Positions 52,079 to 64,000 of a stretch of 64,000 nt of DNA are shown here, one piece after another. The position numbers and the translations under genes are program-made. The DNA comes from Lingula anatina (Eukaryota > Animalia > Brachiopoda). Location: contig CM120647.1 of NCBI GenBank assembly GCA_051362555.1, positions 5,952,001-6,016,000 of the forward strand, in the 5' to 3' direction. The notes below the pieces were generated by a model, which saw only the letters and a list, made by a program, of their open reading frames with translations, was not told where the DNA came from and did not search any database. Within the stretch, counting starts at the first letter, position 1. Every line of letters begins with the position of its first letter.

Positions 52079-54848
52079 TTCTTAAATAAATGTAGAGAAT
52101 TGTCTCCAGCTCAAATGTTTGATGGAAAGTTAACTCTAGAGCATTATTCACCTACCAAGGACAAACAAGGAAGCAAAGGTTCCGGAGTCAGCAGCCCCGA
52201 CAACAAACCGGAAGAAGGTGAAGGAGTCGACATCTGGTGCCAGCGCCGAGGCCAAGCCGAAACTGCCCTGCAGGAGTACGCCTGTTATTATGGCGAACTT
52301 ACGACCAGTGCTGGAGAGTTAGCAAATAATTCCGAGTAAAATGAATAAAACTGGATTAAAATATCTACTAATATAAAATAGAAAAAAAATCCTTTGGTAA
52401 AAATAGTAATTTTTTCCAAGGAGTTTAAACGTTTTTTACTAACAAGGTTCACATTGGACATATTTACTCTCCGTCACGACCTTGATCATTACTAACTTTG
52501 CAGAGAGACAACGAAAAAGCTGTTTTACCGAATTGGTTATTAAAAATCAATGACCGAAAACTAAATTCAGATGAAACAACCGAAAGAAAAGTGACGTTTT
52601 ACACAGCAACCTTTGACACAGCACACATAAAACAATGACATAGTTCACAATAACACGTGACGTAGTACACATAAACGAAATAAGCAGAGTGTATACCTAC
52701 TAATCAGCCAGTAGACCGAAGAGAAACCCTCCCGCCAATTCTCCGCCGAGATAAGCCACTTGTGCTACGGTCTCTTTCCCCTCCCTTCCACAGACTAGGT
52801 TAAACTGAAAATGTGAAAAATTTACCTTATCGTATAACTACAATATTTTTAGAACTTAATCAGTGCATTTGAGGTCTATTAAAAGATGATACCAATGACG
52901 TCATTTTCAGGTATAATATTGACCAGTTACATCATCATCTGACGCAATATTGACCAATGACGTCATCGTCTGACGTTATATTAACCATTGACGTCACTGT
53001 CTTTTTATTCATACGACCCTGTGACGTTAACCCAGTGATTAAATTTGAAAATCATTTTTACCAAGACGCATACTCAAGTTTAATTTGGAGCATAAAGATT
53101 GAACTCACCTCAGTCTGCACAGTTTCGTCAAAGATGGATTTATCATAAACCCATTCGTTGCATGTGACGTTAGACCGCAGAACGGTGTGGTCTGTGACGT
53201 CATCGTACACGTCATAATGCGTCACAATGTAATTGTAGTATTTACAGTCCGAGTACGTGCCCGCTGACGTCACGGGGATGTGATGCTGGATGCGAGACTC
53301 GTGCCACGCCCCCTGAACTTCGTAACTGTCGTTTGATAATGAGCGGATCTTGCACCTGTAATACAACAATTGAGATTTAAAAACGACTTACGAAAGAAGT
53401 TTTGTATTTAAAAGGAAGTCATTTCTCAGGTAGGAAACACATCTGGTGCTTTTAGATACGATGTTCTTTTTTATCATCAATGACAAAATAAAACTGACAA
53501 ATAAATGACTTATTGCGGACAATTGTCATACAGATCCAACCTTAATTTCAAGTTTGATTAATATTCCTGAGAACGGATGACATCACATTAAAGTTGGCCA
53601 TGGAAATTATAAAATAGAAACAGGTTTATTTTATTTTACTCTGAATCAACATAAATGTCTAACAGCATAAACTTCCCATGATTTTGATGTTGAAGATGAT
53701 AAATCAAACACATCGTTTTGGTTTTTTGTAAGGCATGGCAGCAATGTTATAGCATAACCACTTACTGAATAATACTTAATAGTAATAGGGGTAATCTAAT
53801 ATGAGTATTTTGGTCCATTAAAACTACATAAATGCCATTGGTTTCTTACGTCAAATATATTTACTGCTACAGTCAAATATAGTCGGTGCTTTTTATGTAA
53901 AATATAAACCCCGGTAAATTCTTTGTCGTCTTGCACGTTGAGAGATTACCCAATGGATTAGAAAAGTACTGGTTGAAACTGGCAAGTTGAGTCGACCATT
54001 AAATCCTTTACGTGCGTCATTGGCTTCGAAAAAAGAAATAAGAACCTGCATCTTACTCCCTAAACCCCATGCGCATTCCGGATCGTTTTCACAAAGGTAC
54101 TTAGAGTCGAATGACAGTCCTACGTGTAACTTTAAGACCCAAATCTAAAGGTACTGCGGGCTCGTTACCAATGAAACTCTCGTTCTACGTAGATCGATCT
54201 AACACCTCGGGGACTTTCGCTGAATGCAATCAGATAACAGTACTCGTATGATCACCAGCTTTTCTGTATTTTACTCAACGCCAGGAGTTGCAATTAGCGA
54301 GTTCCAAATCCTAAGCAGGATCGCACCCTAATCCTACAAAGGACGTTTGTCCTAGACTGGAATCCTATAGGACGTCCTATAGGAAATTTTCGTAAGGAAA
54401 GTCATTTGTCCAGGCATGCCCCGTCTTGAATTCTGACCAACTTACGTTATGCTAACCCTAATCAGTATGTGTCGAATGGAGCGCGGCTCCTCAGTTTTCT
54501 AATACCAGAGGTCTCCCGGTGTAGCGTGACAGAAAGTCCCCCACGATAGAGAGTCCGCTTCCCATTCATTTGTACAGGTAAGCCTCGTCCTACATTTTGA
54601 ACCACTTACGTCAGGCTAACCCTAACCATTACAACCAAATGGAGGACGAACTTCCTGTTACAGAAACCCTCAGTTTCGTCACACCGGAAGTCTCATGGAC
54701 CTCACCTGTGTTCCGGTGTCTGATGGAAGAAAACCGCCGACATCACCTGTAAGGCTACAAAGATGGCCGGCAAGCACAGCAGAGCGTAGACACGTCTCTG
54801 GTAGCGACCGAATTCTCCGAGGTGTCGGAGAACATCGTCAAATTCCAT
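48295..54848 (-). CDS. SLC22-family organic cation/anion transporter-like MFS protein, 10 coding exons, ~550 aa
   Basis: Minus-strand exons: 54706-54848, 53109-53355, 52701-52804, 52156-52310, 51771-51939, 51197-51418, 50403-50626, 49540-49724, 48694-48845, 48295-48346; total 1653 nt with consistent phases. Motifs: MEFDDVLRHLGEFGRYQ, CNEWVYD, EFNLVC, GLLADYTGRK, MELVGPSKR, LIPESPRWLL, DRLGRR, AELFPTVLRN, LPETANCPLPETIEEAE; ends -ETPL*. Confidence 0.95.
49273..49500 (+). mobile_element. HINE/DINE-like element in an SLC22 intron
   Basis: ccaaggaggt start, (GTTG/GTTA)n microsatellite, ttggcggaggt subterminal repeat; similar layout to 2348-2593. Confidence 0.5.
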
Positions 54849-57278
54849 CGCACTTGTCCTAGAATTATAGAGAAACCCACAGGTAAGTGTGACTGCATTG
54901 TAACGCAGGTCTGCAGGTGAGAAAAATGTTAGGGGAGGAGCAGTTATTAAAGGTATTCAACTTGACACTGACAGAAGAAAAAGAAAGTAAGAGACTTCTT
55001 TCACTGGAATTAGAGAGTGAAAAGGGTACATTTGACACTTTGGAAAGATAAAAAATCACTGGTATCTCAGTTGTACTCCCTCCCTGCCTGCCTGCCGCGA
55101 TAATTTCCTTTCCTTCTGTCCTTTTCATCAAAGTTCAGAAGCCAGCGTCATCTGTCAGCTTATGTTTGAAAAGCGAGTTAGGCAAAAAAAAAAGAAAGAA
55201 AGAAAGAAAGACCTTGTGTGCCCCACCCTCTTTAAATCCTAGGTCCGCATGTGCTTGCGAAAAAAAATTTAAAAAAAAACGGAGTAATAACTGTACAAAA
55301 GAGGAAAAACAAAACTGAAAGAAAGGCAAATATTTATATGCAGCAGGGCAATAATAGTTTTTTAAATTTCTGTGGACCTACTGATCCGCGAATCAAATAT
55401 GGCGGACCCTACATGAAAGAAGAGCCGACTGATCTGCTGATGGTCTCCCCGCCTCCACACGCTCTTGTGAAAAAACAGAGAAATAACTTTATGAAAGAGG
55501 AAACACGAAACTGAAAGAAAGGCAAATATTTATATGCAACAAGGCAGCAATAGCTTTAAAGATTTCTGTGACAAGGCCCGCGCATAGCTCTGCTGAGCAG
55601 CAACTGTGAAACTTAATCTTATGCCAGACATTTGACGTTACACGAAAGGCAATTGAATTGACAACAAGAGCATGAAGATTAACGAGAGGTATCCTGTAAT
55701 TCGGTGCATTTAGTTTCAATATTAAAAACCTTGTTTGTTCTCTCTCAATATGGAGGTCATTGACCGCCCTAGGGGTCATTGACCGCCCTCATACGTCAGG
55801 GATTCGGGCAGGAGCTACCCTCTACCAGGGCGACATCGATTTTCCACAGATATTCACAGATATCTGATGTCACAGACCAAAATGACTGTCTATTTATCTA
55901 GAGACATATGTCACAGACCAAAATGACCGTCTATTTATCTAGAGACATATCTGTGAATATCTGTGGAAAATCAATCTGAGGGTAGGCAGGGGCGAGAGGA
56001 AACGAGTAGACCATTGAATGCAATAGCAACGATTTTTAAAAGTGTGCATCGAAAGGCTCGCCTAATCGGTGTATAAGGTAACTCAGCAATTGTGTCATAG
56101 TTAATGTGTGCGTTTGGGACGAAGAAAGCCGTGATACATGTATGTAGTTACACGGTGCACTTATCATTTTACAAAAAAAAAGCGTACGGAGTGTAAAAGA
56201 GACAAAATGTCAGGATTATCAACAGTCTCAACGCACTTCCGTCTTGGGAATTTCCCCCTTGAATAAACTGAGAATTAACGACTAAATCGCAGGTATCTCC
56301 GATTCCCAATAAATTCACTCACCTCAGGTGAATGCGCGCTCGTGCCAAATCTACTGCACGTGCACGTGGAGGTGACCAGTCGTGAACTGACCAGCCATGT
56401 AAAATAAAGTAGACACAAGCAGTGGGCACTCGCTAATCTCTGTCTGTGACGAACGTCTATAGATTGTAGTCCCAATGTGTGTTTACTACAAGGTTAAGGT
56501 CATTTTTTTGTGTTTTATTTATATGTTAGCGTAAAAAGGAGGTTAATGGTAAGATAAAGGGAAATTTGATATGGTTTTTGAGAGAGGAATTGAACTTTTA
56601 ATGTAGTGTTTTCGTTTCTGAGTGGATATGAAAAATTTATTACTGGTTCGATATTAAAATAGTCGGCCATTTGCGCCCACGCATGTGTGCGTGCATGCAT
56701 GCGTGCGCGCGCGCGCGCGCGTGTGTGTGTGTACGTGAGAGAGAGAGAGAGAGAGAAAAAAAGAGAGAATTAAAAGAAAGAGAAAGACGTCGACCAGAAA
56801 TGACAGTTGTTAATTATAAAAAAGAGAAGAGTTACGGGAAACGCATTAAATGTGTTTCTATTACTTCAGAGGTATCAGAAGTAGAGGAGGGTAGGCAAGG
56901 AAGGAAAGAAGGGGAGAGGGATGAGAAAAAGACGGAAGGTAAATTTCGCTATCTACAAACCGCGATTAGTGGAATGTTTTATACCCATTACTCAGATATC
57001 TACCCACTTACCATCGTTAAAGTGTGATGAGACACACAAACAAGCACAAGTTACACATAAAACCTATATACTTAAAGACTACATTAGGCTCCGTTCGTCT
57101 TTAATCTTGGTTGTGTCTTGTTTGCAGGTGCTTGACTCTAGATTTGAAGGCGTTTAAATCATTTCTTGTGATAAAGATAGTGATTTGCCGTAACAGTGGG
57201 AAGGGTGGGTGAATTGACATTGATTGTACCAAGAGGGCACGATTGCTTTATTGATTACGTCAAAGTGAGTGTGTGCGC

Positions 57279-57316
<38 letters not shown>

Positions 57317-57380
57317 CTTAGGGAGAGAGAATGAGGGAGAGAAAAAGAAAGAGGTGTGTGTAATCTTGTGTGATTTGTGA

Positions 57381-57415
<35 letters not shown>

Positions 57416-60070
57416 AGACGGAGAGAGAAGCATGTGTATAGATATGCATGACTGTGCATGTTTGTGTGTGTGCTTGAAACTTCGAAAATTTTTCAGACTG
57501 TTTATTGTGTTTAAATGATGGATCAAAGAAAACCTGCAATGATAGTGAACCAACAAAAAATAAAATAAAATAAATTTTAAAAAACTATCATCAAAAGGAA
57601 TACAATTAAGTAATTTTAACTACGGGAAAAATCTAGTATAAAATATTTCCATAAGTTCCAAAGTCCTAAACATTACTATAGATGTTATCTGATAAAGTAC
57701 TAAGATTTGCTATTTATTGCATCCCCCCCCCCTGACTTACATTGTCCAAGTGTGCGGCGTGCCTTCTCTAGCTTTGAATTCTTCGGCTCGGATCTCTCAA
57801 CTGTTTCTCCACCCGTTACACCAAGACGAAAGTCAAGTAGAAATCCAGCTGAAAAAAATTCCTGGCAGCTTTCCCTTTTCTATTACAAAACTATTACAAA
57901 ACGACAAGTCACAACGCAGGCAAAAATTCAACTGTGATTACTTTTAGATTGGATTCCAGCGTTCCTTGCGGCGTTAACGTTTCTTTTTTTGGCAAGTTAT
58001 ACTTTCCTCAAAAGACAGACTCGTAGAAGCCGTAGTTGTGACGTAAAACTGTGACGATAGAAAAAATGATTGACGGCGTCTGTAAGCGTGACCAGCGAAA
58101 AAGTTCCTGAGCGTAAGTCAACTTTTATGTATAACTCCTCACACCGATTAAGCGTCTTCGCTCCGCAGTAATTTCTTGCGGTTTTCTATATCTCTCCGCT
58201 TCTAAGTGCACAGCTTTTAGTAATATCACGGTTAACTGTTAGCCTTCTTCGCACTCTTTAGGAAACCCTTGCACCTACTTGTAGGTCGACTGGGCACTCG
58301 TCAGGAACAGTTAAACGGTACAACCTTGTCCTTCGAGCGCGTTAAAAGTACATGTGCCAGTGAATTCCGTTGTACTCCGTGAGGTTATCACGGCAAAGCT
58401 CGGTCGTTTTTTCCAAGTATCTGTTACAGTAAAACGGCCAACGTCCATGTGTTACCCATAGATTCAGTAAAAGTCGTAACGGTGAATTTGGTTTCCTTGC
58501 GATCAGCGATGAAAAGGTGGCAGCTGTTTGGAGTCAATAAAACGGTGCTATTTCATTAAACTTACACTTGCTCTCTGAATGTCACAGAAACAGAATAAAT
58601 TATGACAGCGCGTCTGTCATACAAAAAAGCCTCTCACTGTGTCATCTTTGACATAGCATCAGAGCTATACCTCCTTATACTAATATCTTAGCGGTCTGCT
58701 ACGCAGTAGGCCTATTGCTTGTCTAACAAACGTCGTCTTTCGGGTATACGCACCCGTCTAAAGAAACGACCTCGACGTGCGCGTAAGGGAGTCCCCGTTG
58801 CTTCTAGCTTCTTCGGGGTCTCTCCGTGCAACTCAGCGTTGACACCGTCAACGTTCAGGTCTCGCGTGCCAAAAGTTAAGCTGTCACCGGAGTTCTTGCT
58901 TCCTGCTTCAACCTGCGCTTTACTAAGCTGGCATGTACTACACTGTACCAGTATTAGTCTATCAAAGGAGATTCTCTTCAAGTGGGCTTAGATTTACGCC
59001 TTTGCGTGACGGGACAGCAAAGTTCACTTCTGACACTGTCGCAGCTTGCCTCATAGATAACTTATCTTCACTTGGCAGGTTAAAGTCACACAAAATCTGC
59101 TCGAGGTCGCGCACTCCTCTTTTTTGCCTCCGCACGCGCGCGATTCTATTAACGGCGCACGGGTTTTGTTGACCTGAAAGGATTTTTTGAGAAGTTCCAA
59201 ACAATGAACGCCACGTGAGACGCTTTGCGTATTGTGTGTCGCATTGTGAGAGGTTGTTTATTATTTGTATAGTGTATTTTGCTTATACAGTGGTTTAAAT
59301 GCAGAGATTTTTCACTAAAGAAAATAACTTAAGTTTCACATTGGAGGGTGACAAAGGTCGAAAATTATTTCTTTACATCTTCTTGTTTAATTTTTCAATG
59401 TCCAATTAAGCTTACAGTGGAGGTTTCACTGTTATGACCAGTAGAATTCAGTGACACTTTGTTGTGGGCATTTACCTGTTTGTTGTCCAATTAACACTCT
59501 CACCAACTGAATCTAAATGTAAAACACTACCTTTAGTTTATGGGAACATGTATAATATATGTGTGTGTTTGTTCGTGTGTGCGCGCACGTACGAGTAGAG
59601 GGAGAGAGAGAGAGAATCACGTGCCTGTATTCTACTCTAGCATTCTTCCTAAACTTTACCCTCAACGGGTGTGTTTATTTTTGATAACCGAGTCAATATT
59701 CCAACAATTATTGACATTCAGATTGCACTTCACCTAAATATAATAGATAGGCAAACAGGGTCAAATGGTCGAGTGTTTTTACTTCAGTGGCACTCTGAGA
59801 TCATGAGTAGAAATATAAGAACAACACGGTGTATTAGTACAATACAGTTCACTTCACACCAAAAAATAAATCTAAACCAGATGTCGAGAAAATTCACCGC
59901 CCCTGCCTCCTTTTCGTGGGGTTAATTAGGCGAAAATATCCATCATATATTAATAGCGTTTTTTTTTCACTTTTCCATAAATGTTCATTATTCTTTTTAT
60001 GTGTATTATCTTTAAGACCGGTGGAAAAAAGGAGAAATAAAAAGGCCATAGGCTTACCAAGAGCCCATTC

Positions 60071-60117
<47 letters not shown>

Positions 60118-62558
60118 TAAACTTGAACAAATTTGCGTCCCTTAAATGAACTTAGCCATATAAAAAAAATCAAACAAAATTCTTTGGTCTTAATGATAAA
60201 ACCACAGATCCCGGTGAGCAAGTTCAATTCGGTAAACTTTGAGCGGTCTTCATTGTCAACATCGAAGTGCTTCGTCTTCAACTTCAGTGAGACATCGGGA
60301 GTCTTCGTTTCCAGTGTCGGTGAACATCGGGAGTCTTCGTTGCCAGTATCGGTAAACATCGGAAATCTTCGAGTCCCTTATTTGCCATGAATATTGACAG
60401 ACTTCACCTGGTGCGATTTTCTCAATCCTCGAAATTAAAAGAAGGCGCTTGAAGAATTTCTAAGGACTGTTTGTGCGGAAGTTTATTGAGTGTTACGACT
60501 TCGGTTAAGCTCAATGTACACTGAGGGCTTTGTAACAGCAGAATTGAAAAATAATGTCACTGATCTTTTACTCATATATTTATTTAAACTTGGTGTACTT
60601 TTCGTGTTGTGAAACTGTATTGTGTACACGTCTTCCCGGGGACGTTTTCACAAAAGAAATTATATCAAAAGTCAGTCTGTGTTTATTTCCCCAATTTGCA
60701 TCTTAAAACGTAGTCGATGCGTGTTTGAAACTTTCAACCATGGAATTTCATGTCTAAATATCCTGCAAATGTGCTATTCTTTCCCTATTCTGGTCTTTGA
60801 AACGAAATGCACTTTCTAAGAAAAGAACCTGACAGTTGGTAGACTAAATAAATCATTATTCATTTAGTGAAGTCATTTAACGAGAAGTGGTGCGAAATAT
60901 CGAATCCAAGCGCAGAAGCCGGCCGAGCAAATATCTGTGAGTAGGAGCTTGATTATAATTATAATTAATTATTATTATTATTATTATTATTATCATTATT
61001 ATTATTGTGAAAAATATCTGAAGCAAAAACCAATTTAGAGTATTCTTAAGATGTAAGTATTGGGCGTGTTTTCCAAAATGTATACAACATCAACAGATCC
61101 TTAATATTAATGTAAGGGAATTAACATTGTTTTATCCTGGTATGCGGGCCCTTGTGTGTGTATAATTTGTTGCTCACTGGTAATATATGAAATCAATCAA
61201 ATGACCAGCTTAACCCCGAAATTGTTATTAACTTAAGGATGAATATTTTGGTCTACTTCAGTTTTAAAAAATAGACAGCACTCCCATAAGAATCTTCCCA
61301 TTAAAGAGAAAAGTATTGGAGTGGAACTCTGGCCATATCTTTCATATTGAAAAGCAGACACAATATTCCACTGAAGTGGATTACTAATGATATGTCTTTG
61401 GTAAAAGTAGACTAAAATGTTGATATACATAGCATACGCCTGGACATAGCAATAAATGCGTTCACTTCCAGTCTACATTCCCCGATACACTGCATCAACA
61501 ACACATTATTAAACCAAAAATGGATTTAAAAGGTCGTTGTCTTCAAAAACGGGACATTACATGGACACACTGTCTTGGAAAAGTATTTGTGAAGAATGTC
61601 TATTGCTTGGACTTCTTTGAGTGACGTCATTAAAGGCTGTGTGTTGATTGGACAGAGGGGAGTGACGTAATTTAAAGATGTGTAATGATTGGACATCTGG
61701 GAGTGACAGATAAAAAGCTCTTGATTGGACCTTCGGTTTTTTACGTCCAAAATTATGGCAGAACAGGTCGCTTAACAGCCGCCCAAATTCTTCGTTTTCA
61801 CTCCATTCACACGTCATCTTCTTGAACGTCACTATTTACGTCATAGTTTATTTCCATCTACTAATATTAGCCGACTATAATTTTGGTCTAAAAGTTAAAC
61901 CAATATTTGAGTTTAAACTCTTATATACAACAGGTACCAGAAGACAATACAATTTTAACTATCGTTGGTCCCGAAAATCGATTTACAGAGAATAACGTCG
62001 TGTTCTGTAGCAGTATGGTCGTTATATACTGACCTGCGATATGTTGAGCCTCGCGACTACGTGTCTATTCCAAAAGACATACTGGAACATATGTTGTTGT
62101 TTTTTATATATGATGATTACATCTAGTAAGCAATTTTAACTATGAGTCTAAGCTAAATTGAGGTCACAGTCGATTCTTGCACTTCCTTGGAATTACTGGG
62201 TATCTTGACAAATAGTTCGCCATTTAGAACTGTTGTCTCCGGAGCTCGGGAGCGTTTGCTGAAAAAAGAAATGTATACATTTTTACAATGGGCATTTGAT
62301 TGTTTACAGTATTATGATTGCGGGTTCGGAGGACCCCCCACCCCCCCACCCCATTAGCTTTAGAGGTATCCACTTCTCCCTCTTTTCAGTCCCCCCCCCC
62401 CCAAAAAAAAAAAAAAAAAAAAGGAAAACAAGCTCAACGAGACAAAGCCAAGAATTTTTTATTTCAACGTGTTCTAAATATTATGAAATATCAGTAAGAA
62501 GGAAACCCAAGCACATAATATTAAACTACAAAGTCACTCTCTCTAAATCATCAAATAA

Positions 62559-62815
62559 GGCTTCGTTCACATGCAATGTCTATTTTCTAAATTCTATTTT
62601 CTATTCGCGGTATGTCTTATGATCACGGTCTGTGCCCTGAATATCCCGCGGCGTAATTACTGGCAGCGCGAGCCAGTTACTATAAGTTACTATAAGTAAC
62701 TGGCTCGCGCTGCCAGTAATTACGCGGCGGGATATTCAGGGCACAGACCGTGATCATAAGATAGCGCGAATAGAAAATAGAATTTAGAAAATAGACATTG
62801 CATGTGAACGAAGCC
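62559..62815. mobile_element. Almost fully palindromic 257-bp MITE (PIF/Harbinger-like), TAA TSD
   Basis: GGCTTCGTTCACATGCAATG...CATTGCATGTGAACGAAGCC, with ~120-bp arms carrying few mismatches; TAA at 62556-62558 and 62816-62818. Confidence 0.85.
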
Positions 62816-64000
62816 TAAGGCTTTAACAGCACGCCTTTTAAACCTTCATTGTTTTAATTTTAAAATATATTTCATCAAAATTGATGCTGGTAACAATTTA
62901 TCTGAGGGAGAATTCTTGACAAAAAGAAGCAAAAAAACACTTCACTTTTGACGATACCGCACGCAACACTACGATAAAGCCATGTTTGGGATAGGTGGAT
63001 CACCAGACAAAGTAGGGGGTTTGGTGTAAATATACAACTTTGAGTCGTACAAAGCTGAGAGTATCTGAATAAATTTTGGATAAAAAATAACGAGATTCGA
63101 TGCTATCTCTCTGTCATATTCCGCCTTTTTAGTGTAATGCATACACTGCTATGCGGACACGATGGTAAAATTTAAGAAATCTAAAAAATGAAATCATTTC
63201 ACTCGTCATGCTTACGTTATTAACGCACGCGATGAAATCATCCTCCAAAACCCGCCCTTTTCGTGTAAAACACGAAACGCCCGATACTTGGGAAGATTTA
63301 TTGGTAGGTGGGATCCACTGGCTGATCCATGGCCTTTTCAATGGGAAGCGGGGGGGGGGGCAGAAATATATAAATATAGTAGATTACCAAAATTATGGAC
63401 TTTTGATTATACTGCGTTTGGCACAGGGATGGGGGGAACGACATGCTTTTCTTTTGGATTTTTTGATTTCGTTATTATTATTTTTATTTGAGGGGGTGGT
63501 AGGGATAAAATGATTACCTCAGAAACTAAGGGGGAGGAGCAGTGCGTGCCCGCTGCTCTCTGTTGGACGTGGACGTGGACGTGGGAACAACTTGAATTGT
63601 ATTTAGTACAACAACGGCGAAATCTGGGGATAACTTTATGCGCCACCCCGGTGTGACATGCAGGAATGGTACATGTAGCCTGTTCCCCATCACTTTGTGC
63701 AGGTGACATTCGTCTCATTAACGAACCCCGATACTCCGACTAGCCCTAACATGTACTATTTATATGGGACCCGGACTTCCATACCTAAGCGCGAAGAGGA
63801 GAGTTGAATGAGTGGTGGCATTCAGAAAAATTATCCTCGGACTTACAGATTTGCGGATCAAATATGGCCAATCCGGTAAAAAGGTAGCTGCTTATAATCC
63901 CTTGATGGTCTCCCGGCCTCCACACGCGCCGTCCATGCAGGCCTAGCAATAAAACCTGGGAGCCGAGATTTAATCCGTTCAGTAACGAGGAGGCGGTGAG

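Noticed and set aside
54320-54635. Scattered (CCCTAA)-like units suggesting interstitial telomeric sequence
   Set aside because: Only 1-2 units at a time, embedded in a repeat-like element; not an array.
60069-60390. ORFs around a short cgaagactcccgatgt...ctgg tandem repeat
   Set aside because: Degenerate tandem repeat that shifts frame between units; no recognisable protein or splice context.
63407-63718. 103-aa minus-strand ORF with a donor at 63517
   Set aside because: No recognisable homology and I could not link it in phase to a convincing downstream exon; it may be a non-coding exon.

Overview
AT-rich, intron-rich animal genomic DNA, probably from an invertebrate (a mollusc-like lophotrochozoan is plausible, but that is inference only). 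I reconstructed four spliced protein-coding genes by hand from GT-AG boundaries with consistent intron phases. (1) NUDT19-like acyl-CoA diphosphatase, + strand, 2 exons, ~407 aa, ending -NKL. (2) SERINC serine incorporator, - strand, 13 exons including a 27-nt microexon, ~474 aa. (3) A small cAMP-dependent protein kinase inhibitor (PKI) gene, + strand, 2 coding exons, ~88 aa, carrying the F-x4-RTGRRNAL pseudosubstrate; it is absent from the supplied ORF track and probably has non-coding 5' exons spread over ~18 kb. (4) An SLC22/organic cation transporter-like gene, - strand, 10 coding exons, ~550 aa. The rest is introns, UTRs and intergenic DNA containing several non-autonomous DNA-transposon families (TAA/TTA-TSD Harbinger-like MITEs, TTAA-TSD Kolobok-like elements, a 173-bp element with 5-bp TSDs, HINE/DINE-like elements), minisatellites and microsatellites. 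Most ORFs in the track are spurious. I saw no convincing new multi-gene system. The most notable items are the hidden PKI microprotein gene, candidate SERINC microexons, repeated copies of the SERINC stop-codon region, and a dense cluster of CRE palindromes.
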